From Octopus sinensis (taxonomy: Eukaryota), in the NCBI RefSeq assembly GCF_006345805.1, contig NW_021833588.1:12463-76462 (forward strand): a stretch of 64,000 nt of DNA, in the 5' to 3' direction. Below the pieces are notes generated by a model. It made no database searches. It was not told the DNA's origin and worked only from the letters and a program-made list of their open reading frames with translations. Made by a program: the position numbers and the translations under genes. Positions 48,557 to 60,713 of this stretch are shown here, one piece after another (position 1 is the stretch's first letter; each line of letters begins with the position of its first letter).

Positions 48557-49771
48557 ATTCCATTAATATTCTTAAACATACTAACAATTCGGTTTTTTGA
48601 TTAATTTTATTCAGAAAATTTCAATTTTAGCAGTGTTTTATTAGTCAAATGCAGTACCAGTCACCATTAAATAGAACATGCTATAAATTCAGAACTATAA
48701 CACCAGTATTGCTAGTTCCACCATTTTAGAATAAATCGCATTGCTAAAGAGTTTCTAATTAAAATGAATTTTTATTAGAATTATAAACTCTAATAATAAA
48801 GCCACCTTGAATAAATTAAAACGAAAGAAATATAAAAAAGAGAAAAGATTAATTTAAATTAGTGTAAAACTTGAAGGTATTCATTAAAGTGGATACCCCC
48901 TTGAATAAATTAACCCCAGGACCTTATCGTGGACAACAATATTGGTTTTGTCGTCCTGAACAACAACCGACGTGCGTATTGGGATATCTATCATAATGCA
49001 AACTTTCAAGTTCCCACAGACCGATTAAACTTGATGGGTTTGTAACTTTTTGGACCGCATCAATCCTTAATTATTGCAAAGTAGGAAATGGAAGAAACTG
49101 CATAATGCATCCATCTGTAATCATTTATAATTAATAAAATAATCAAAAATTATCAATAGTTGATATTTAAGTAAGTGCAATTATTTTATAATAAATAATC
49201 TCACAGTCCGAATAAAATACACCCCAAATAATCTACACTTGTCACAAATGGCCGAAAAAATTCGGGCAAGCCGCCCAAAAGTTTGCCCAGTTTACGAGAA
49301 CTCGCCCTCATTGGCTTTAAGAACGACTATATTATAACTAAGCCAAAAGTCTGTCAGAGTAAGCTACCATTATACGGAAAAGAAACAATTTTGTAAATGA
49401 AAACTTGGTCGGTGAGAAACAACCAGAAGATCTTTTTATACATTTGACAATATTAGAAGTACCAAAACTATAATGTTGGATGACTAATATTAGTAAGAAT
49501 AATTGTCACCGGTTGTGAACGATACCAGGGTGAGAACGATCGCGCAAAATCGATTTTGTCTCAAGTGCCGTAACACCGGTAGTTAACGGCTATTGACTAT
49601 TGAATTGTTTATTTTCTATGTAACAAACTCGTCACTAGATTAAAAGGGGGAGAGAAGAGAAGAGCCAAACGAAACCAAGGAGACGGAAGAAACAAGTTTG
49701 TTTGCTGATTGGGGTCAATTCTAATGGGACACCAGATGTCCCTTCGATAAAAATAACGACCCCTTGCACCA

Positions 49772-50215
49772 CTATTTATTTAAGTGATGCAACAGTTTTT
49801 CAATGGATCGTACCGATCCCTCCAGCTCTGGGGTTAGTTTGGATTTTAAGTCCAAGCCATGTGCCAGTTTAATGGCATATCTCCGCGTTTTTCTCAAAAG
49901 ATCAATATGTTTCTTTCCTTCGCAGCTTCCGAACCATCCTTGAGATCCATAGATCAGGAAGGGTTCTATACACGCAGAGTATACGTATAAGAACGTTTCC
50001 GGTTTCAGCTGGAATCGCATCAGAGCTTTCAACATTTGGGTAGCCTTGTTCTTTCTCTTCCTTATATACATCTTGAATGAACCAGTTGCATCCACAACTA
50101 TTCCGAGGTATTTAAGATCATCCACGGGTTTTATCGCTCCGGTGTTAATACAAACAACAGGTTTCCTTCTCCTTTCATTAATCCTGCAAACAGTGTTAAC
50201 GGCAGCGAGCGACAA
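49772..50215 (-). mobile_element. LINE RT C-terminal fragment
   Basis: DDLKYLGIVVD...VYSACIEPFLIYGSQGW. Confidence 0.8.
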
Positions 50216-50679
50216 ATTTAAATACGAGTCATTAAGTTTTCAAACCTAATAAACTCTAATTTCTGCCCTTTGGACAAAAAAACAAGCGTGTCGTTTCGTT
50301 TGAGCTACTCTTAAATACTTCAAACAACAAAATGTATATATCTCATAGACTTGCTTAAAGAATGACAAATAATTACTGAATTAAGTATTATATAATAAGA
50401 ATCGTTATACTTTTTAATAGAATACATTTCAAAGAAATGTTTTGATACATTTTCCAATCAAAAAAGTATGCTTTTCTGTTACTAAAAACCTTCACTATAA
50501 TGTGTCATTTTGTAAGCAAGTCTTCTAGTCTCCTTAGAAATCCCCAACATATTTAGTGATTAGAGACCATCTTTTCTGATATTTGAGACTCCAGGTCACA
50601 ATGGGGGGAAACTAAATGACTGACAACTCAAAGATGAGAAAGCCAAGATATTAAGAAAAATTTATTTAAAGAAAAAGTG

Positions 50680-51416
50680 TTAATTAGTTTCTAAACTTGC
50701 CAGGTCTCTGCTATCTTCTTGTATTTCTCTGCCATCTTTGGACTCCAGTATCACCATACCAGTGGGTGAAAATCCTTTTACATAGTATATTCTTGTATCA
50801 TGGTGCTCATTTAGAGACCACTTCCGCGTCCCTTTATTTTTGTCTGTTTTAATTCTTCTAACAACTTTTTCCCCAATTTTAAAAACAGAGGTGTCATTCT
50901 TCCACATGTTTTTTTTAGCATTTTTTTTTCCGCCGCATCCGAGTACTGGACAGCCTTTGTCCTTGTACTACTGACGGTAAACCATTTCCAAGCCATATAA
51001 TTCTTTACGTCATTTTTTTCATAGGAATTTAGGCGAATAGGAGATTCTTTTTCATAGGCGAATAGGAGATTAAGTTCTTCTTCGCTATAGTGTATGTTTG
51101 CAGACTGATCGGCATTTTCTCCAAACATAATTCTGAACGGTGCAAACGACGTAGTGGAATGCACCGTTGAGTTATATGAACTGGTTATCCGGTCTATAAT
51201 CGAAATCCATTTATAATCGAGGTTTTCAGACAAAAAGGTGGAGGACAACATATATTTCAGAGATTGGTTTAGTCTTTCCACCTGCCCCTGCACCCAAGGG
51301 CACCTTGCACGACCTTTCACGTGCTTTATCTTGTACTCATCGCACAATCGGGAAATCCTTTCGTTGACAAATTCCTTCCCATTGTCCGTATGAAGAATTA
51401 ATGGTTTTCCAAACAT
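50680..51416 (-). mobile_element. Ginger/KRBA2-like DDE integrase, 5'-disrupted
   Basis: PLILHTDNGKEF...GRARCPWVQGQVERLNQSL...YNSTVHSTTSFAPF. Cut at its 5' side by a pogo insertion. Confidence 0.8.
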
Positions 51417-51435
51417 TAATATTATTTTATTTATA

Positions 51436-52820
51436 CAGTCCGACCTTGAATTGGAACCTTGAATTGGAACACTAAGTTAATTAATGCAAAAAAGTCTTAA
51501 ATATTATTATTTATTGAAAAATAGTCATCGATCCTTTTTCATAACCATAATTTTTCTTCAAACTACTAAACAAATTTTGTCTGAAACAGTAAAAATCATT
51601 TAAAAAAATTGGAGCTATGTCTAGAACTGATTTTTCCAATTCATTCACTTTTGCTACTACTTCTTTGACCGTAGTCTGTTTATTTTGCATACCACTGTAA
51701 AAAATTTCTTCATTATCGCTGCTTTCCGTATTTTCCAACACTTTGTCTACAACTTGTTTTATAACATCATCCGTCAGATTATCAGAAACAACAAATATTT
51801 CATTGCCGAAAGTATTGCCACGATTTCGATACTATTATCAATGATTGGCGTAAATTAATTTTTTTAAGTAAGTCGCAGTAAAAATCTTCTTCATCTATAC
51901 AACAAATAAATTCAATTAACGCCTTATCTTTAAAAGCTTTGATTATCCCATTATCCAATGGTTGAAGAATTGGAGTTGTATTTTTGGGTAAAAACAGCAA
52001 TTCGATATTTGAGAGCGATTTATTTTCATGACACGAAGCGTTATCAAGAATTATTAAATTTTTTTTTCCATTTTCATTCGTTCATTCACTAAGAATAACC
52101 ATTGAATAAAAATATCTCTTGTCATCCAGGCATTTTTGGAAGATGAGTACATAGCACCATAATCCTCAGGGTTAAAATTTCTGAAACATCTGGGATTTTT
52201 AAATTTCCCGATTATTAAAGGATCAAATTTTTGGCCTGAATAACTGCAGCAAAAGAGCAAATAAATTTTTTTCTTATTTATTTTTGACCCTGACGCTTTT
52301 TTATGTTTTGTACGAATGATTTTTTGGGGTCTTTTTTATAAAAAGACAAGTTTCATCAATGTTAAAGATATTATTTTTTCCAAATTGATCAATTTTTTCA
52401 TGGAAAACTTTTAAAAATGATTGAATTCCATCACGATTACATGAGTTTTTTTCGCCGCTAAGGATTTTGAATTTGAGTTCATGTCTTTTTTTTAAATTCA
52501 TTAACCAACCATTCGATGCTTTAAAGCTTGTAATGTTCAATTTACCCGCAATTTTCAAACCTTAAAACAATGTAAGAAAAAGTAAAATTACCAATTTTTT
52601 TGAATATTTTGGAGCCGTAATTGTTGAAAAACGTCGAGAACTTTACTATCCAATGTTTTAAAAATATGTTCCAAATGTGTTTGTTCCAAATCGAGGTTTT
52701 CATTTAAAACAGAATTATTTATTCTAGGCAGAGATCCTACAAAGTGTTCCAAAAACTGAGGTTGTTCCAAAAACTGAGGTGTTCCAGCCCCGAGGTCTGT
52801 TCCAAATCGAGGTCGGACTG
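51436..52820 (-). mobile_element. pogo/Tigger-like transposon with TIRs and TA TSD, frameshifted transposase
   Basis: TA|CAGTCCGACCT...AGGTCGGACTG|TA. CENP-B HTH (FKASNGWL), IDET, AWMTRDIF, LDNASCH, FLPKNTTPILQPLD. Confidence 0.9.
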
Positions 52821-52858
52821 TATATATTTACTAAAAAACTAAAAAAATGTAAAATACT

Positions 52859-53880
52859 TTAATCTATGTTAAAAATAAATTTGAGATATATTTGAAATAT
52901 CGAGGTAAGGAGCAGCGAGCCTGTTGGGCCGATCAAGGGAGAGATGAGGTTGCGAAGGTGACTGGGGCGGAGCCCCTCGATGCCTGCACTGCTGCTAGGT
53001 GAAAAAGATTTGAGAGCGCGGGAGATCGCATTGTTGGTGAGTTTCGGGGGGGAGGGCGAGGAATCGACGGATGGAAAAGGCCTGAGGTCTACAGGGGCGG
53101 GGGGGTGTTTGCACTTCAAAGTGTTGATAACGTTTTTGGTCGATGAGAGTACTCCGCCATTGGAAGCCAGAACTCTCATAGCAGCTCTGGTGTCGCCCTC
53201 GATCAATTTGGACAAGATACGAGGCCCAAGAGAGGCGGTGTCAAAGCCTAAAGTACCGGCGTTTGTACTATCGTCGGGATTGAAGCGCTTTGCGGCTTCG
53301 ACATGGCTGGCAAGGATCGAGCTTAGAAACTCGTCCTTAGCTGATTGTTCCATAAAGTCCGAGATGTTGTTTTTGACGGATGTGGCGAGAGAGCGATCTG
53401 ATTTCTCGTGGTCGTAACTGAGACCTAGTGCAAGAAGAGGAAATAGGAAGATTCTGACCCAAGCGGATTTGGATGAAGAGAGAAGGATGTCATTTATTAG
53501 AGAGGCCAAAGATTCGGATGCCAGCGGCCGGGCGGCCTTAGGGATTTTTCCGAGCACAAAGCGGCTGCGGCGGGGCGAGGAAATTGCGAGGAGGACATCT
53601 TCTGCGGAGAATTCGTCCAGGCAAATAGCGTCCGCAGGGGGTTTCCGGGTGGGAATTTTTGGATTTCTGCGAGGCTGAGGTAGGCAAGAGGGGCATAGCC
53701 AGCATTTTAGTGCCATAGCCTCGCGTTTACGGATATTTAGGCAATACAGGTGGAAATACTCATCGCAAGAGGAGCAGCGAAGTGCGTTCTTTCTGGGGGC
53801 TGAAGACAGGCAATGCCTGCAAAGTGTAGGTTCACGAAGGAAACAACTGGGTGGTTGTGAAGTTTTGGGTGTCATGGATA
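52859..53880 (-). mobile_element. CRE-clade non-LTR 5' region: PHD finger plus RT N-terminus, 3'-truncated
   Basis: C4HC3 PHD finger (CRHC...CSSCDEYFHLYC...WLCPSC), LKCKHP, SSAGIEGLRPSHL. Confidence 0.8.
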
Positions 53881-54299
53881 TAAGAAAAAAAACAGAATGA
53901 GTGAAAAGAAATGAAATGAAAAAAGAAAAAGAGTAAGAGAGGATAGGAAAGATAGAAATGGGGCTAAGAGTGAGAGTAAGAGGTAATAAAGAGATGGAAA
54001 GATGAGAAAAAGTGAACAAAGATACGAAGGATGAATACAATAGAAAAAAGGAAATTACAATGAAACAGAATTACAATGAAAAAGACAAAGACACCACAAC
54101 GACAGGCGTGCTAAATCAAAATCTTTATTTTTTTGAAATATTGTCCAATTGTAAATTTATAAGAAAAAGCATGTTCAGTTTTTATTTTTGTTCACTGTAA
54201 CTTGTTCATGGTTATAGGTTTTTGTTTGTTTTCCCAGTATATATTAATTATCGAACAAATCCGTATTAAACAATTATTAATTATATTTTTTCTAAAATA

Positions 54300-54510
54300 C
54301 ACAACAAGTATCCTCTTTTTACTCCCTTGATGACCGAGTCTTGTGGTGTCTCTGACATCCGTAAGAAGTTCGATGAAGGAGTAATCCGTCTCTCTGACTG
54401 GAAGACACCTGGGGTCGATAAGGTGTATAATTTCTTTATAAAAAATTGCAGTCTTTACACTATATGTCGTCGTTGAAAATAACCCTGAGAGTTACCCAGA
54501 GGTACCAACT
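54300..54510 (+). mobile_element. R4-like RT N-terminal fragment
   Basis: LSDWKTPGVDKVYNFFIKKLQSLH. Confidence 0.6.
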
Positions 54511-55506
54511 CCCAGGACCGCCTGCTCACCGTGAGACGAAAGACCGACAGTCGGAAAACGTGTGCTGGCCTGTCAGGAGGAGGCCAGAAAAGTCGGACGA
54601 GGTCGCTGGGGGGGTCTCTCCCGGGAGATTGTGCGGCGAGTACTGTGTGTGGTGGAGGACAGTCAGTCCTCTTGTTGGCCAAACAAGGAAGGGACTGTTC
54701 TGGTCTCATTTGGCCTGATTGGTAGGCTTGGTCGAACACGTCGTGAATGCATCCAAAATGAGAATTCTGTTATTAGAGGACTGGCAGTATGTTTATGTCA
54801 CTCTCCACGGAATACGCGTGTGTTGTCCCCGACTGTTGAATGTACTGGTTTTGTACTGACTGAGAGGAACAAGACAAGGCGTTTATGGTGGCTTGTCTTT
54901 TGCAGAGGAAAGTGACTAGTGGCATATTTATCTTAGAAAAGTGATGTAGCCATCAGTCTCATATCGTCTACAATGAGGACAGTGGGACCACCAATGTTCT
55001 CAGGATCGACCGAGACTGTAGGCATTTATCACTTTAGTTATTGATTCAGTATTCACTAGTTTTCTCAGATTTCTTAATACGGTTTCAAGATAGATAAAAC
55101 AGACGACATCGAATCACTTTAGGGGGTTCCAATATTTGTTTTAAAAGACCTTGAATATATGAATCCAATCTTAACTGGCAACTCTACCAGTTACCAAACC
55201 ATTCTGATCGAGAAATCATCAAGAATAGTCTTAAAGACATTTCTTTGCGGATCGTGTTAAATACCCTGCTCATATGAATGTTCAATATTGAGATCGCCAT
55301 TTCAAATTTGTGACACATGGCACAGACATGCCCCTATACTACATCTACAGTTGATCTCCCAGGACTAAATCCACATTGACTCCGACAGATAGTCATTGAA
55401 AGAATCTTTAATGCTGTCAAGTGCTACGGACAACAAGATTTATCTTATTGTGTTCAGGAATATGCCAAATGTTGCTAAAAAGACCTCGCAGTTTGTTAGA
55501 TGTATA

Positions 55507-57102
55507 CAGTGCTGGTAGAAAAAAACCGGTTTTGCAGTTACTAACTTTTTTTGGCGGATAGCATTCATTTTTTTAACTGAATTGAACTCTTTGTAGTTGA
55601 TTAGATTTATAATTTTTTTTATTTATAAAAAATTCCATTAATCGGTTAAAATTATGAAGATTTAAATTTTAGCGTGTGAATAAAAAACCGGTTTGGATTA
55701 TTGAGTGATATTTTAGTAGTTGAATTTTTAGTTTTATAAGCAAATGTTAAATAAAATAATTAAAGGGAAGATTCTTGCTCTTTATGAGTTAAATTGGACG
55801 ATAAAAGATATCGCAGATCATCTAAATACTCCAAAATCGACAATCAGAGATTTTCTTCGAAAATTCAAAAAATATGGAACTATTGATAGGATTCCTGGTT
55901 CTGGACGTCCTAAAAAGCTTCAAAAAACAGACCTTGAAATTTTATTGCATCTTTTTGAGTGAGATCCAAAAAAATCTTCTAACACGTTGAGGAATGAAAT
56001 AAACCATTTAACTGGTAAGAGTGTCTGTAGAAAGACAATTGGAACTTATTTAAATTCTAATTTTCTCTCCGGAAGAGTATGTCAACGTAAACCGTTGCTT
56101 TCGAAGAAAAACATAATAAAAAGATATGAATTGTCAAAAATTTTTATTCGGATGAACAATGACGCATGGAAAACTATTATTTTTACTGATGAAGCATCTT
56201 TTCAGATTTTTCCTACTAAAAAAGGCAATACAGTTATCGAAAAAAAAGTTCACGTTATGAATTGAGCCATATTACGCCGACAGTAAAATTTGGTGGAGGC
56301 AGTGTTATGGTTTGGGGCTGTATCTCCTATCAAGGAGTGGACAATTTAGTTTTTGTTAATGGAACCCTCAATTCCGCTAAATATATAAATGTTATAACGA
56401 ATAATTTGTTCGTTTCGGCGCGAAAAATGGGACTAAATCAGTTCACTTTCCAACAAGATTTGGCTCCCTGTCATCAATCTGCATTGACAACCAAGTTTTT
56501 TGAAGAAAATAAAGTTCCAATTCTTGATAGGGCTCCGCAATCTCCAGACATGAACCCAATGGAACATGTTTGGAGCATGATGAAGCAGAAGTATTCTTTA
56601 GATCCTGCAAAAAATAAACTGGATCTGGAAGTCAAATTAACAAAAATTTGGAACGAATTGCCGTCTGAAAGTATTCAGAAGTTAATTGATAGTATGCCTA
56701 AAAGGTCATACGAGCTATTTATTAATCGAGGATACCACACAACATATTAACTGTTGATTTCGTTAACTCTTTTTGTTAAAACCGGTTTTTTATTCACAAG
56801 CAAAAATTTAAATTTTTAAAATTTCCGCTACAAATTTGGAAAAACAGGTTACAATAAATAAATAATAATAAATCAAAAATTATACAAATATATTAATGAA
56901 TCGTTTATGATAATATAAAATTTTTCCCCGGTAGGGGGTTTATTTAATTAAAAATCACCGTATTTTATAGGGATGGCAAAAATATTTCCCCAAAAGCAAA
57001 GTTTTCCCCAAAAAAGAGGGTTTCCCCGCTACTTGGTTTTCCCCAATTCGAGGTCGCACTGTAACTGCAAAACCGCACTGTAGAAGAAATCTACCAGCAC
57101 TG
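55507..57102 (+). mobile_element. Tc1 (DD34E) transposon, defective transposase 55744-56750
   Basis: TA|CAGTGCTGGTAG...CTACCAGCACTG|TA. GRPKK, FTDEA and QQDLAPCH-(34 aa)-E. One in-frame TGA and one frameshift. The empty site is preserved at about 41687. Confidence 0.93.
56920..57061. mobile_element. pogo-type MITE end nested in the Tc1 right TIR
   Basis: CCCCAATTCGAGGTCGCACTG followed by TA, resembling the pogo TIRs at 8749 and 52820. Confidence 0.55.
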
Positions 57103-57593
57103 TAGAAGAAATCAACGTTTCGCTGTGCGCTATAAAATTCAAGGAAAACTACATTCCTAGCTCTGCTTATTTATGAATTCAGGTCATAATTTAGTTAACA
57201 TTTCCGTGTATTATCTGTTAGTTAAATACAATTTAATTTAATTATTAATGTATTAATCGAGCCATAAGAAGGATCACTCCAAACCCGTAAATTATATGTG
57301 ATGGAAATGTAACTATAATTTATAAATAAAATCTCAACTTGACTTTTTGTTAATTTTTCTCACGATCAAGCCTGCGGATGTATTCTAAATGTTAGAAATT
57401 AATATAAATACAATAAAATCATCGACCCTTGAAAATATTTTATCAAATAATGCTTCATTTTGGGCGAATATTAAACCAGCAAAAATGAGAAAGACAATCA
57501 TTTTGATTTAACTGCGCAAAATGCTATATTTATACCATTATTCATAATTAGCACACTTATGTCTAATTTTACTGAGAAATATAAAATAGTGAA

Positions 57594-60500
57594 TTATTTT
57601 TTCCGAGCCAACGTCCTCTGCTTATTAGGATCCCCGACAATCTGTTCCTGAGTAACCAATCCCTTCCTCAGCCGAACTTCCTTCACAAGCTTGTCACCCA
57701 GTTGATCATCTCCACACTCCTCCCCCACTACCTCCCAATGTGAGAACTTGAACTGACAACTACACATCCCCCTCGTCCTACTTCTCATCTCCTCCTCAAT
57801 CCCGAATGAATTGACCATCGGAATATACCAATCACACATAAACACACTCAGATCATACAAGTCCTCACTGACCACCCTTCCTCCTCTCCTCCCAATAACC
57901 CCTTTCACTTTCCCTGACCATTACTCTCCATAACTAACCAATCAGCCCACCCGGCACTCGGATACTCCCCAACAACACAGGCTGCACTAACCGTACTCCA
58001 CATGATGACACCAATACACCCCAAATGGCATTCCTCACATCACAACTGACCTGTCCTGAGTGATGTGAGTGTCCTAACTGTCGAATTGTGCAGCATAATC
58101 CATGAAGGGGTTCCTCACACAGGGGGCCTGCCTCCATTGCTAACTTGAAACCATTAATCTACCAAATACAACATTCTGACATACAATTGAAGACAGAGTC
58201 GACTGATTCACCCCATCCATACCATTTATGAGAATATTTGTCGAATAAACAGCACAAATCTGCTTTGATGTTACCGATTACCTTATCAGAATCAATCATT
58301 TCACACTCCTTCCTCAATAAATCGACACCAATGGAGTAGTCAGTCAACACTCGGACAACCTGAATGGGCAGTTGTTCCACACTTGAATCCAATAATCATA
58401 ATCTCACCCAATCTCACACTTTAGTGAATTTGAATGGACACACACAGTCAGGTCACCACACACCAAGCTTTCTCTGAATTGTACAATTGGGCGGGAAATC
58501 GAAAGTGGAACACGTGCAAATCTAATTCTGGTGGGTCATTGAATCAACCGAGTCCTCAGATCCTCAATGCACTTGTCCAGATGCAACTGCCCAGCCACTC
58601 TGATGACCTGTTCCCCCAAATTAGTCACGTGTGTCTCCACACAGGGGTCTGACAAATACAGCAACTCGAGCCCCTCCTTCAGAGCACTCATATCGTCTAC
58701 AATGAGGGCAATGGGACCACCAATATTCTCAGGCTCCACCGAGACTGCCAGAATGGGAGTTGTCTCGTAGTAGAGGGGAGTCAAAGGGGGGAGATCTGCC
58801 CTGTCTGACAATGTCGCCGTCTTCATAAATCGACATGACTCACTCCATGAGAACCCAAAAATATTCCCCGGACTGACCATGTCGACAGGAATCAGTTCAC
58901 GGCCCATAAAAATAAACAAATTCTCTATTTTAATCTTCTTTCCATGCTTATATGAGACAGGGAGTGTGGACGAGTCCTCAATCTAATTTACAAGTCCCAC
59001 TTGTGTGATAACCAGTCGACTGTCATGTTTTGGTCCCAAAATAAACAGAGAGTCCCCCTTTCGAATTGTCCCACAAAATGACCGCGTAAAACCAATACAA
59101 AACTCAACAATATTTGATTCCGTTTGGTTAACCAATCTACAATGTTAATTAATTTAATATATATAATTTAACATTATTGCTAATTTATTACTAATTAATT
59201 ATTATAATACATTTGATATTTTCGTGGGAGTTCGTTTAGTGGGACGAAAACTAGTTTGCTCATAAAAGCAACCAAACTATTCCCATTAGGAGTAATATTA
59301 GTCAATTCTACACATTGAATAAAACAATACACCATCCATCACATCACCAGACACCTCTCTTCCTCCCAATAGCCTACTAACCCTACGACAGTCCAAATCC
59401 AAGGGCGAAGGCAAAAACTCAACAACAACATCTAAAACACCCAAACCACAAAGAACCGAACACAGATTTATAAAGAGGCAGCCAATTCGACATTAGTAGA
59501 GACACGTCAAAGGTCCCCACAAAGTTAACTTTATCAGACATTACCACTCTTCTTGCAATTCGACTGAACCGTTCAGAATCCCTTTGAAAGTAACTCACGT
59601 GGCAATACTTATTATGTGCAGCTTCATAAACCGTCCAAATATTACTGAGAACAAAACTCTCAAAAATTGTCAGTTTGTGGCTTCCTGTACATTCCTCGAA
59701 TTTTGATGTTTTTGAACTCCAAAAATAATTTCCCCACATATGGGCGGCAACATCAAAGGCGGTTCGGTCTTTTATCTTTTTGGAAAACATTTCAGCGAAT
59801 TGGGGAATACTTGGATTATATATATGTATTACGTAAAGGCCCAACCGTCCGTCGAGCTGCCGAAGATCACATTCCCCGCTTCAGGCGAAACATAATCGGC
59901 GGCATTCTTTGAAGTACTTTGATCATGTTGGAATTGCTCAGATATAAAGTACTGGGCGATGATTGAATTTACCTAAAGTAATAAATTATATAATTAAATT
60001 ACTTGTTCGACTATTTTTTTCAAATGTATAAATGATTGTTGTACAGTTAGATTGAGATGGGTGTACAGTTTGTCCATTTTGTTAAGAAAAATGACTATTT
60101 TGAGTCCCTCAGTCAAGGCTAGTCGTATGACTGAGTACGTCTAGACTGAGAGACCTCCCCTACCTGTGAACAGACTCCCTCCACCACATCAATGAGGATT
60201 ATGGCGCCATCACACACCCGTATTCCCGCCGCTACTTCAAATGAAAAATCGATATGTCCAGGTGTGTCCACCAGGTTGATAAGATAAAGTGAATCTGCTA
60301 TATAATTAATTAGTTAATTAATTAAGACTAATTAATTAATTACTGTGGTTGTATAAGAGAGAGATGGCACTGGACTTCATAGTGATGCCCCTCTCTTGTT
60401 CGTCATCCCTGCTGTCCATGTAACGAAGCTTAGAATGATAACAGATTGGGTAACCTCCCCTGCAATATTGTTGGAGATTATTCCATTAGATGCACAGAGA

Positions 60501-60635
60501 GAGTCAACAAGTGTAGTCTTGCCTTTAATATATATAAAGGGTAGTACCGTGGTCTACGTGGGCGAGGATACATATATTTCTTATACATTTCGTATTGGCT
60601 TGACATTTGGAGACCACGTCGTACAGTCTGTCCAT
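57594..60635 (-). CDS. EFL1: Elongation factor-like GTPase 1 (Ria1), many short introns
   Basis: [72 protein letters not shown]...KQRTLARKK*. Confidence 0.92.
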
Positions 60636-60713
60636 GTTACTATATATTTTATTACAAAATATACTATTTAATTTTTAGTAATTAATTTAAAATTAATTAT
60701 TCTTGTTAGTAAA

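Larger units (their letters stand above)
47855..50226. repeat. Segmental duplicate, inverted relative to 34688-37100
   Basis: Reverse-complement match to the 34688-37100 block across its length. Confidence 0.92.

Noticed and set aside
52980-53678. Plus-strand ORFs opposite the CRE ORF
   Set aside because: Antisense shadows of GC-rich coding sequence.
54446-54915. GC-rich overlapping ORFs
   Set aside because: Only a weak resemblance to an endonuclease motif (VLACQE); not enough to assign.
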